A stretch of DNA of 64,000 nt from Bdellovibrionales bacterium (GCA_963692945.1 OY843585.1:543664-607663), one strand, 5' to 3'; counted from the first letter of the stretch, positions 25,574 through 34,301 are shown. The notes: generated by a model from the letters alone, not told the origin. Made by a program: numbers and translations.

Positions 25574-26289
25574 TCTTTTAAATAGTTTGAACTCTTAGGT
25601 TGTAAATCTTAGGCACTAACCTAGCTATTTGGTCGTTATTTTGAAAGTTTCAATTAAAGCACTTTATACATCTACCTATTGTTAAAAAATGTCAAATTTG
25701 GCAGTATTTCTTTAATTCTAGAGGCTTTACTTCAAAAACTCATATAGTCATCTCTTAAATTGCCAAGCCAGATGTTAGTTTTGATATTTCTTTATAAGCT
25801 ATTTATTTTTCCACTCTCTTATCAAATAGGATGCAATAATACCTACTACAATAGTAAGGAATATATGTTCTCCACCTCTATATGAATCATCTATTGCTAA
25901 ACCAATCCAACCGCCAAAAAAAGTTATTAAAAAATAAACAACTCTAATTTTATTATTTATTTTTTGGCTCCTTTAATTATTTCACTATCCTTTCTATACC
26001 CCTGATGTACAAGTTCGTCTCTAAATTGTGCTTCACCAGTTCCTTCACAACTTTGCTCAAAAATTACACCAAACCACAGTTAGTTGTAGTGAGAGCTTTT
26101 TCTAGCTGGTAATTTTTAATTTTGTAAATTCATGGTTTTTTTCTTTCAAAAAGGCTCAAAAAGTGATTCTTACTTTTTCTCCGAACCACTAAAAAGGCTC
26201 AAATCATGGTTTTATACGATTAATTCTTTATTAGTAATTATAGGCTTTCAAACCATTGATTTTACTTGGTTTTTTTCAAATTAAAATTC

Positions 26290-26375
26290 GCTACTAACTT
26301 CTTACTAATAAAATTTTAGCTTTACTAACATCCTACTAATAAAATTTTGACTTTACTAATAAATGCTAATAACCT
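26290..26375. repeat. TACTAA(C/T)-rich direct repeat array upstream of or overlapping the ATPase start
   Basis: cgCTACTAACttcTTACTAATaaaattttag / ctTTACTAACatcCTACTAATaaaattttga / ctTTACTAATaaatgCTAATaacc: a ~32-bp unit about 2.5 times. Confidence 0.8.
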
Positions 26376-26401
26376 CAAAACTTCTAAAAATCGGTGTTTT
26401 T

Positions 26402-27691
26402 ATGAAAAATAATCCTTTCAATCCAAATTCAGTAGTTCAACCTCGATTATTTGCTGGACGTGACAGCCAAATACTCCATGTTGTTCGGAAAATGGCTCAA
26501 GTTCAAGATAAGATGCCCTCAAGTTTTGTGATTTCTGGAGAACGAGGTATTGGAAAAACGGCTCTAGCTAAACTTATAATGTTTATTTCTCAGCAAAAAA
26601 ATAAAAATCTTGAAAACTTAAATTTTTTAACAACCTATTATGCTGTAGAAAAAGATCAACCCTTTCATTCTGTTCTTCAATCTTCTCTTAATTTATTAAC
26701 AGATCAACTCCCTAAGCCAGCTATAGATAGGCTTAATTCTCATTTAGGTAGTTTTTTTAAAGAAGGTAAATTTTCACTTGGTGCCTTTGGCGTTAAAATG
26801 GAAATTGATAAGACTTCAAAAAAATCTTTAGAAGATAATATGTATCTTAAGGATCAAGCTATATCCATACTTACAAATATCCTTAAAGGAATAGAAGAAG
26901 ATAAAACAAATAATACTTCTTCAGATGGAATTCTTATTATCTTAGATGAAATTCATAATGTTAAAAATATTGATGGTGTTGCTCAAATTTTAAGAAGTGT
27001 CATAACTACTTTAGATATGAATGGACATGGAAATATTGCTTTTTTAATTATTAGTTATCCTGAAGCAGTTAAGAAATTTTTTAAAGGTGATCCTTCTGCT
27101 AAAAGAAGTTTTGATATGTTGCCTTTAGGAATAATGCCAGATAATGAGACAGAAAAAATATTAACCAAAGGATTTGATCAATCTGGAATCAAATATGATA
27201 AATTACTTATTAGCAATAATATAAATAAAGCAGGTGGATACCCCCATTCCATTCAAGTTTTAGGACATAATCTAGTTGAAGTTGATAGTGACAACTATAT
27301 TGATCAAGAGGATTGGACAAAGTCTATACAGAAAACAGCTTTGGAACTTCAACATAAAGACTTTTCAAATCTCTATAGTTTTAATGGAAAAATTAGACAA
27401 AGAGACGAGTTACTAAATATTTTAGCTCTAATGCCAAAACCTGTATTAAAATCTGATTTAGCAAAGGAGTTTAATAAAGAAAAGAAAAATATATATGCAA
27501 ATTCCTGTCTTCCTGAATTAAAAAATGCAGGAGCTGTGAGAGAAGATCCAGAAACAGGGCTGCTTTCTTTACAATCTTACCTATTTAAATCAGCTATTAG
27601 CCTACATATAGCCTCTCAATCGGAAGAGAAAAAATTAAAATCAAAATGGTATCTTGTGTATCAAAAATTATCAGAAGCAAAAGAGATATAG
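26402..27691 (+). CDS. STAND/ORC-Cdc6-like P-loop ATPase with probable C-terminal winged-helix
   Basis: FAGRDSQI lead-in, Walker A GERGIGKTALAKL, Walker B ILIILDEIHN, GGYPHSIQVLG. Start may be 26363 or 26402. Confidence 0.7.
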   Translation: MKNNPFNPNSVVQPRLFAGRDSQILHVVRKMAQVQDKMPSSFVISGERGIGKTALAKLIMFISQQKNKNLENLNFLTTYYAVEKDQPFHSVLQSSLNLLTDQLPKPAIDRLNSHLGSFFKEGKFSLGAFGVKMEIDKTSKKSLEDNMYLKDQAISILTNILKGIEEDKTNNTSSDGILIILDEIHNVKNIDGVAQILRSVITTLDMNGHGNIAFLIISYPEAVKKFFKGDPSAKRSFDMLPLGIMPDNETEKILTKGFDQSGIKYDKLLISNNINKAGGYPHSIQVLGHNLVEVDSDNYIDQEDWTKSIQKTALELQHKDFSNLYSFNGKIRQRDELLNILALMPKPVLKSDLAKEFNKEKKNIYANSCLPELKNAGAVREDPETGLLSLQSYLFKSAISLHIASQSEEKKLKSKWYLVYQKLSEAKEI

Positions 27692-27849
27692 TAGATTTGG
27701 TGCAAAATTAATCATCCCTTTTATTGCTAATGCAGACAATCTTCCACTTGCTTTAATATTAAAAGCATAGTGAGGAGGTTTTCGCAAATGGTATTTTTAT
27801 CTATAGAAAAAACTTCAAGTCCTAGTTCGTGGTTACCGATAGAGAAAAT

Positions 27850-28716
27850 ATGAAACTCTTTACTTTCTTAATCTTTTTATTTTTACTTACACCATTTCAT
27901 GAAAGCGAGGCATTTCATAATAAAAAAACTCCCTATAAAAAAATATGTGATAGTCCATGCACTAAAAAGGATTTAAAAGGAAAGGACTTTAAACATGCTG
28001 ATCTTGAAATGGCTAATCTTCCTAAAGCGAATCTTTCAGGTGTCAATTTTACAAATGCAAATTTTTTTAAAGCGAAACTTCCAGGGGCTAAACTGAAGGA
28101 GGCTAATCTTCATGGTGCTAATGGTAGAAAATCTGATTTTTCAGGAGCTGATCTTGAAAAAGCTAGTCTTTATGGAGCAAATTTTTCAGGATCTAATTTT
28201 GAAAATGCAAATTTTTTTAAAGCGAATTTGGAAAAGGCTAGTCTTTTTTGGACTAATTTTAAGGGAACCAATTTTCAAGGAGCTAATCTTCAAGGAGCTA
28301 ATCTTTTTTGGACTATTTCATCAAAAGAAACTGATTTTTCAGGTGCTAATCTTGAAAAAGCTAGTCTTTACGAATCTCAATTTTCAGGGGCTCATTTTGA
28401 GGGAGCTAACTTAAAAAACGCTAGCCTTCGATTGTCTAGATTCCAAGGATCTAACTTTAAAGGGGCTAATCTTCAAGGAGCTAACTTAAAACGGGCTAAT
28501 GTTCAAGGGGCTAATTTTCAAGGAGCTAATCTTCAAGGAACTAACCTTCAACGGGTTAATTTTAAGAAAGCGGATTTTTCCAAAGCCACCTACGATCAAT
28601 GTACTAAACTTCCTTTTTCAGAAGAAGTTGCGAAGCAAAAAGGTATGATTAAAAAAATAAAGAAATCACGTTGTCCAGTCACTTCAAGTTATAAATCACT
28701 AAAGATTTTCTCTTAA
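27850..28716 (+). CDS. Secreted pentapeptide-repeat protein
   Basis: Signal MKLFTFLIFLFLLTPFHESEA followed by ~35 A(N/D)L.G-type pentapeptides (ANLQGANLKRANVQGANFQGANLQGTNL). Confidence 0.85.
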   Translation: MKLFTFLIFLFLLTPFHESEAFHNKKTPYKKICDSPCTKKDLKGKDFKHADLEMANLPKANLSGVNFTNANFFKAKLPGAKLKEANLHGANGRKSDFSGADLEKASLYGANFSGSNFENANFFKANLEKASLFWTNFKGTNFQGANLQGANLFWTISSKETDFSGANLEKASLYESQFSGAHFEGANLKNASLRLSRFQGSNFKGANLQGANLKRANVQGANFQGANLQGTNLQRVNFKKADFSKATYDQCTKLPFSEEVAKQKGMIKKIKKSRCPVTSSYKSLKIFS

Positions 28717-28809
28717 ATCTAATAAAAAGTTTCTAAAAAAATAAACTTTTTTAAATTCATGTCATAGATTGGTTGCTCATTACTAATCTATAATCTATAA
28801 ATAGGAATT

Positions 28810-29562
28810 ATGACATTTTTTATCACAGTTATTTTTGCCTTTACTGTTCTAGGTTCTTGTTTGTTCGTTGCTTTTTTTGGCAAAAAATGGAATTTAGACG
28901 CTTTAGTTGCCTTTAGTTCAGGTGGGCTTTTAGTGATTTGTTTTTTAGACTTTATGTCTCATAGTTTTGAGGATTTAAATCATAGTGAAATGGCAACTCT
29001 TCTTATTTTATCAGGTGTTTTATTACAAGGTTTTTTTGATATTTATATTGTCCCACGATTAAAATTTTTAGATAGGCTTGTAGAAAAAACACATTCTCAT
29101 TCTGTAGAAAACTCCCAACATCATCACACTCACATTTTATCAGCATCAACGGTTTGCTCAACAGTGGGGTGTTTAACAGTTTGTTCTTTTTTTGATGGGA
29201 TTCGTCTCTTTGCAGGCTTAAGTTTGGAGGGCTATGCCGCTGTTGTTACAAGTGTAGGTTTATTTTTCCACTTATTATCTGAGGGAGTTTTAGTTGCTAT
29301 TCTTGGTATCGGTTCAAATATAAAAACAAAAATCATTCTTCTATTAACTTCTTGTATCTCTGTAACTTTAATTTTAGGAGCCTATTTTGCAAAAAACTTT
29401 GCTGAATATTTTAATTTTCATTATTTGATTGCTTTGGCTACAGGGATGTTACTCTATATTTGTTTTATTCATTTAATTCCTTTTTCTATAAAAGGAAAAA
29501 GTAAGCACTGGTTTTTTGTTGGCTTGATTGTCTTTATAGGTCTTCATTACTTATTTCACTAG
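28810..29562 (+). CDS. ZIP-family metal (zinc) transporter
   Basis: 250 aa with ~8 TM helices. His-rich loop HSHSVENSQHHHTH. ZupT-like length. Confidence 0.6.
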   Translation: MTFFITVIFAFTVLGSCLFVAFFGKKWNLDALVAFSSGGLLVICFLDFMSHSFEDLNHSEMATLLILSGVLLQGFFDIYIVPRLKFLDRLVEKTHSHSVENSQHHHTHILSASTVCSTVGCLTVCSFFDGIRLFAGLSLEGYAAVVTSVGLFFHLLSEGVLVAILGIGSNIKTKIILLLTSCISVTLILGAYFAKNFAEYFNFHYLIALATGMLLYICFIHLIPFSIKGKSKHWFFVGLIVFIGLHYLFH

Positions 29563-29579
29563 AGTTTTGAACTAGAGTG
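29558..29579. repeat. Copy E: solo back-to-back TIR pair of the modular repeat
   Basis: CACTAGAGTTTTGAACTAGAGTG overlaps the ZIP stop codon. Confidence 0.7.
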
Positions 29580-29583
29580 AGGT

Positions 29584-31149
29584 TTATTTCTCTTTTAGAT
29601 TCTTTTCTACTTGTAAAAAAGCACTTTCTAATGAAGCCCCTTTTGATAAAGCCCATCCTATTGATGCTGAAGTGGCTTGAGCTTCTTTTGTTCTTTTTTG
29701 ATCAAGACGATTCTCTGCTTCTGTTGTGCTGATATTTTCCTTTTGTAAAGATTCTAATGAAGCCCCTTTTGATAAAGCCCATCCTATTGATGCTGAAATG
29801 GCTTGAGCTTCTTCTATTCTGTTTTGAGCCAGACGATTCGCCGCTTCTGCTGTGCTGATATTTTCCTTATCAGAAATTTTAAAAATATGCATAAGTGTAT
29901 TATAAATTTCTTTATTTTTTTCTGTGATATAGAGTCTTTTTTCTTTTAGTGTTTTAATGTTTAGGTTCAATTCTGAAGATACGCTGATTAAACCTCCAGC
30001 ATTGATTATATAATCAGGAGCATAAAGAATCCCCTTCTCTTTTAAAGCATTTCCAAGGCTTGAATCTTCCAATTGGTTGTTAGCAGAGCCTGCTATAATT
30101 TTACACTGGAAATTTTTAATGGTTTTTGAATTTACCACAGCCCCTAAAGCACAAGGGACAAGAACATCACATGCTCCCTTAAGAATTTGGTTATTGCTTT
30201 TTACTTTCACTCCAAATTTTTGAGACAAGCATTTTGTTTTTTTTGGGTCAATATCGCTAATACTCACCTTGGCTCCAGCTTTTTGTAAATCACTCACAAG
30301 TTGGCTTCCTACATTCCCCACACCTTGGATAGAAACTTTTAATCCATTTAAATTGTCTTTGTTTAAGTGATATTTTACAGCAGCGTTAATTCCATGCATA
30401 ACCCCTTGTGCTGTATAGAAAGAAGGATCATCTTCTTTTTTTTCAGAAAATCCAACAACATAACCTTTTGCTTTTTCATGAATAGTTGCTATATCTTTTG
30501 TTTCCATACCTACATCTATAGCTGTTATAAAATAAGGGTCGTCTTTGTTTTTTTGTGCTTCTTTATTTAATATTTTTAAGTAGGTGCTATAAGTATGAAG
30601 GAGTTCTTTTGTTTTATCTGTTTTTGCAGATCCAAAAATAACAGACTTTCCTCCTCCAAAGTTTAAACCTGACAGAGCCGATTTATAACTCATACCTTCA
30701 GACAGACGTAAGACATCAATAAGACCTTCTTTTTCAGTTTCATATTCCCACATTCTTGTCCCACCAAGAGCCCATCCTGCATTCCCTAAAGCAGTATTGT
30801 GGATTCCTATTATGGCTTTAAGGCCAGAAGAGGGGTCATTGATAAAATGCAGGGACTCATGACCATATTTTTTTAAAACATCAAAAATATAAGATTTGTT
30901 AAAAGGATTATCTTTATTTAATATTTTAACGAAATAGGGAATGGGATCTTCATTTCGTTTTATAGCATAAACCAAAGGGGATTTTATAAATTTTTCTTTA
31001 TTCAAGAATCGGATATAATTAACGTCCGACTTTTCCATTTGATGAAAGACTTCTTGTTCAGGAGAAGATGCAAAAATATTTTTACAGTCTGAAGAAAATG
31101 TTTTTAAGCTAAAAAGAAAAGGAATTAGAAGAAGTGTGTTTTTTCTCAT
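29584..31149 (-). CDS. Leu/Phe/Val-dehydrogenase-family enzyme with N-terminal signal-like extension and duplicated C-terminal tail
   Basis: Core motifs GLKAIIGIHNT, LNFGGGKSVI (catalytic Lys) and GVGNVG (NAD). The first ATG has an AGGAG RBS and encodes MRKNTLLLIPFLFSLKTFSS. The C-terminus carries two ~42-aa repeats. Confidence 0.8.
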   Translation of the reverse strand: MRKNTLLLIPFLFSLKTFSSDCKNIFASSPEQEVFHQMEKSDVNYIRFLNKEKFIKSPLVYAIKRNEDPIPYFVKILNKDNPFNKSYIFDVLKKYGHESLHFINDPSSGLKAIIGIHNTALGNAGWALGGTRMWEYETEKEGLIDVLRLSEGMSYKSALSGLNFGGGKSVIFGSAKTDKTKELLHTYSTYLKILNKEAQKNKDDPYFITAIDVGMETKDIATIHEKAKGYVVGFSEKKEDDPSFYTAQGVMHGINAAVKYHLNKDNLNGLKVSIQGVGNVGSQLVSDLQKAGAKVSISDIDPKKTKCLSQKFGVKVKSNNQILKGACDVLVPCALGAVVNSKTIKNFQCKIIAGSANNQLEDSSLGNALKEKGILYAPDYIINAGGLISVSSELNLNIKTLKEKRLYITEKNKEIYNTLMHIFKISDKENISTAEAANRLAQNRIEEAQAISASIGWALSKGASLESLQKENISTTEAENRLDQKRTKEAQATSASIGWALSKGASLESAFLQVEKNLKEK

Positions 31150-31346
31150 AAATAGTCTCCTATTGAATCAATATATACTTACTTAACAATGAGGGAGTTA
31201 TAAAAGTCAATAGTAATAAAAGGGTCATTTTAATAGAAAACTTATTTTTTTAATCTTTCTTTTTTCTTAACACAATCTTGAAATTGGATTTTAGTTGGTA
31301 GATAGCTTATATATGTAGGTTAAATATAAGACCTACAATATTTTTT

Positions 31347-31555
31347 CAAAACTCTAGTTCAATTCTAATATTTCCAACTCTTACTTTAACGAGCTTTTCA
31401 TCGCAAAAGGGACGCTCTTCAAATCTCGTTAAAGTAAGAGTTACTTAACATGTTTATTGGGTGAACTAGAGAAAACCTGCTGGTTTTCGCAAAATAGAGT
31501 TTTGTTATCTGAACTAGAGACAAACTTCTGTTTTTCGCATGAGTGAGGTAGAGTG
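31347..31555. repeat. Copy F of the TIR-bounded modular repeat
   Basis: CAAAACTCTAGTTC, an H1 hairpin variant (ctcttactttaacgag / ctcgttaaagtaagag), a linker and two S-modules. Confidence 0.9.
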
Positions 31556-31564
31556 AAAACAAAA

Positions 31565-32386
31565 CTACTCATCCCATTTAGGAGCAAAAGGAGGATTTAC
31601 AATTCTTTGTTTTTGGTTTGTTAAACGAAAAATTTTATCTTGATCTTCTTTTTCTAATTGAAAATTAAAAATATTAAAATTTTCTTTGATATGGTTTTCG
31701 TTTTTAGATTTAAAGAGAGGTAGAACATTTTTTTGTTCTATAAGCCATCTCAAAGTGATTTGAGAAGGAGTTTTATTGTATTTTTTAGCAATATGATTTA
31801 TCTGCTGGCTTTTAAAAATCAATCCTCTAGCGAGTGAAGAGTAAGCTGTTAGAAACATCTGATGTTCTTGTATAACTTTAAGTGATTTGCTTTGTGATAA
31901 AAAAGGATGATATTCTACTTGGTTGTTGATTAAAGAAGGACAGATATTTTTTGCTTTTAAAAGTAGTTCAGAAGGAAAATTGCTGACACCAATATAGAGA
32001 GTTTTCTTTTCTCTTACAAGATTCTCAAGAGCTTCTAAACTTTCTTCTAGAGAAAATTCAGGATTAGGCCAATGAATGAGTAGTAAATCTATGTAATCTA
32101 CCTTTAGTTTATTGAGACTTTTTTGTGTTTCTTTTTGAATTTGTTCAGGAGATAAATAATCTTTCCAAATTTTTGTTGTTAGAAAAATCTCTTCACGAGG
32201 AACTGAAGATTTTTGTAAAGCGGATCCAACTTCTTCTTCATTGGAGTAAATAGAGGCTGTATCAATATGACGATAGCCTACTTCTAGAGCTTTTCCAATA
32301 GAGAAAAGAGCTTCTTCTTTTTCTAACATCCAAGTTCCAAAACCAAGTTTAGGAATTTTTATATCTTTATAAGTCCAGTATTCCAT
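31565..32386 (-). CDS. Aldo/keto reductase (DkgA-like)
   Basis: 273 aa. GYRHIDTA, LLIHWP and EYHP motifs. Confidence 0.85.
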   Translation of the reverse strand: MEYWTYKDIKIPKLGFGTWMLEKEEALFSIGKALEVGYRHIDTASIYSNEEEVGSALQKSSVPREEIFLTTKIWKDYLSPEQIQKETQKSLNKLKVDYIDLLLIHWPNPEFSLEESLEALENLVREKKTLYIGVSNFPSELLLKAKNICPSLINNQVEYHPFLSQSKSLKVIQEHQMFLTAYSSLARGLIFKSQQINHIAKKYNKTPSQITLRWLIEQKNVLPLFKSKNENHIKENFNIFNFQLEKEDQDKIFRLTNQKQRIVNPPFAPKWDE

Positions 32387-32484
32387 AGTTTTTTAAAAGA
32401 GATCCTTTTTTTTATAATAGTTTCCTATTTTTTTTTAGCAGTCACTTCCTATTCCATAAAATTCACAATTTCATACACAATCTT

Positions 32485-33462
32485 TTACTTTATAATTTCT
32501 TTTTCTGTAATGATTCCTGTAATGAGAGAAAAAGGAGTGATATCAAAAGAGGAATTATAGATAGAAGCCTTTTCAGACCAAAAGGGAGAGACTTCTTGAG
32601 GGTTTCTTTGTTCAATGGGAATGTCTGTTCCACTGTTGGTGTTTTTATCAAAGGTAGAAGAGGGAGCAACAACATAAAAAGGAATCTTAAAGTGATGAGC
32701 AATAATGGCTAGATTTAAAGTTCCTATTTTATTGGCAACATCATAGTTAGAACTAATGCGGTCAGCACCCACTAAAATTTTGTGTATTTTAGATTGAGCC
32801 ATTAAACTTGCAACCATATTGTCACAAAGTAAAGTAGAGGGTATTTGATTCTTTTGAAGTTCTAAAAAAGTGAGTCGTGAACCTTGATTCACAGGGCGAG
32901 TTTCGCAAGCATAAACATAAATATTTTTTTGGTTTTTATGAGATTGCTTGATAACTCCAAGAGCTGTCCCTATACCTCCTGTCGCAAAAGAACCAGTGTT
33001 GCAATAAGTAAGTATATGGTCTTTTTGTTCAATTATAGATTGTCCGATTTGAGCCATTTGTTCACAAGCGAGTTTGTCTTCTTCATAGATATTCATAGCT
33101 TCTTCAATTTGTTTTTCCTTTGAGTTTTGACTCATAACTCGGGATACAGCCGACTCCAAATGCACAGCTGTCGGTCTTGCTTTTTTCAATAGGTCAGACT
33201 GTTTTTTCAAAGTGTTTTTATCTATTCCTTTTAGTAGGGCTTGAGCTAAACTAAGAGCTGCTGTAATTCCAATAAGATTGGCTCCCCTCACTTTTAAATT
33301 TTTTATCGCTTCAGCCATATCTATGGGGTTGTTTATAGGAATCCAAATTTCTTTTTCAGGAAGAAGAGTTTGATCTAAAATTAAAAATTTTTTATTTGGA
33401 ACATATTTAAAAGCAAGAGTTTCCATTGGTGTTTTTATATTGGAATTTTTAAAAGTTAGCAA
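32485..33462 (-). CDS. mtnA: S-methyl-5-thioribose-1-phosphate isomerase
   Basis: 325 aa. eIF-2B-like family with ARPTAVHL and VGADRISSNYDVANKIGT. Confidence 0.8.
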   Translation of the reverse strand: MLTFKNSNIKTPMETLAFKYVPNKKFLILDQTLLPEKEIWIPINNPIDMAEAIKNLKVRGANLIGITAALSLAQALLKGIDKNTLKKQSDLLKKARPTAVHLESAVSRVMSQNSKEKQIEEAMNIYEEDKLACEQMAQIGQSIIEQKDHILTYCNTGSFATGGIGTALGVIKQSHKNQKNIYVYACETRPVNQGSRLTFLELQKNQIPSTLLCDNMVASLMAQSKIHKILVGADRISSNYDVANKIGTLNLAIIAHHFKIPFYVVAPSSTFDKNTNSGTDIPIEQRNPQEVSPFWSEKASIYNSSFDITPFSLITGIITEKEIIK

Positions 33463-33496
33463 GAGATATTGTAGCTCTTATTGAATTTTTTAAATG

Positions 33497-33556
33497 TTAG
33501 AAATAGGTATTAAAATTTAGAAAGACATATTAAATCTTAGAAAAATATAGGAATTG
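33497..33556. promoter_or_regulatory. Three phased 20-bp TTAGAAA-containing repeats in the divergent mtnA/phosphorylase intergenic region
   Basis: TTAGAAATAGGTATTAAAAT / TTAGAAAGACATATTAAATC / TTAGAAAAATATAGGAATTG starting at 33497, 33517 and 33537. Confidence 0.4.
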
Positions 33557-33590
33557 CTTTTTTATAATTTTGAAAGTATAAAATAAAAAA

Positions 33591-34301
33591 ATGAAAAATC
33601 CTTATTTTTTAAAAGCTTCTGAATTTATAAGTGAGTACGGAAAAAAGATTGATCTTAAGGGAATCGAAACAGCCATTTTTTGTTTCAACTCTTCTTTAGC
33701 AAAAAAAATTTCCATAAAATATAAATCCAAAAGAGTTTTTGCCTTTGGAGCTTGTTTAGATATCTATGAAGATTTTCAAAAAGTTTTAGTGAGTCAATTT
33801 GGTTTTGGTGCTCCTGCCTCTCTTTTGCAATTAGAATATATGAAAGCCTTTGGGATTAAAGAGTTTTTCTCTATAGGAACGGCTTGTGCTTTATCTTCTA
33901 AATTGAAAATGGCTCAGGGGGTTTTCATTGAAAAAGCTTATGGGAGAACATCTTACTCTTCTTATAATACCAAATCGGAGGATCCGTTTGTGGAAAATTC
34001 TTGTTTAGAAGAAGGAAAGAAATGGGCTGATTTTTTAAACCTTAGCCCTGTTACAAGTTGGACAAGTGATGCTCCTTATAAAGAAACAGAGTTGGATACC
34101 TATTTATCCAGAGGTGTTTCTTGTTTGGAAATGGAAGCCAGTGGACTTATGGCAGCGGCTCATCATGACTCTTTAAAAGTATTTTGCTTTGCTTTTATTT
34201 CTGATTGTTTGGAAAAAGGTCAGTGGCATTTATCTTTTTCCAGTCCTGATTTGAAAAAATCTTTTTTTCTTACTTTAGAAAAATTATTAAGGAAAGTTTG
34301 A
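33591..34301 (+). CDS. Nucleoside phosphorylase family-1 protein (candidate MTA phosphorylase/nucleosidase)
   Basis: 236 aa. GFGAPASLLQLEYMKAFGIKEFFSIGTACAL and LEMEASGL are PNP/UDP-1-like. Confidence 0.6.
   Translation: MKNPYFLKASEFISEYGKKIDLKGIETAIFCFNSSLAKKISIKYKSKRVFAFGACLDIYEDFQKVLVSQFGFGAPASLLQLEYMKAFGIKEFFSIGTACALSSKLKMAQGVFIEKAYGRTSYSSYNTKSEDPFVENSCLEEGKKWADFLNLSPVTSWTSDAPYKETELDTYLSRGVSCLEMEASGLMAAAHHDSLKVFCFAFISDCLEKGQWHLSFSSPDLKKSFFLTLEKLLRKV

Noticed and set aside
25800-25965. Possible ~50-codon small membrane-protein ORF on the minus strand (…VVYFLITFFGGWIGLAIDDSYRGGEHIFLTIVVGIIASYLIREWKNK) preceded by AGGAG
   Set aside because: No canonical start codon lies in frame after the RBS (only ATA/ATT), and it falls below the ORF-track threshold. 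It cannot be supported from the sequence alone.
27814-27824. Possible distal att repeat of tRNA-Trp (TTCAAGTCCTA versus TTCGAGTCCTA)
   Set aside because: It is only an 11-nt match with one mismatch, too short to distinguish from chance. It is mentioned only as a hypothesis in the island finding.
28112-28414. 100-aa plus-strand ORF inside the pentapeptide-repeat gene
   Set aside because: It is an alternative frame of repetitive DNA. The pentapeptide frame has the signal peptide and the regular repeat.
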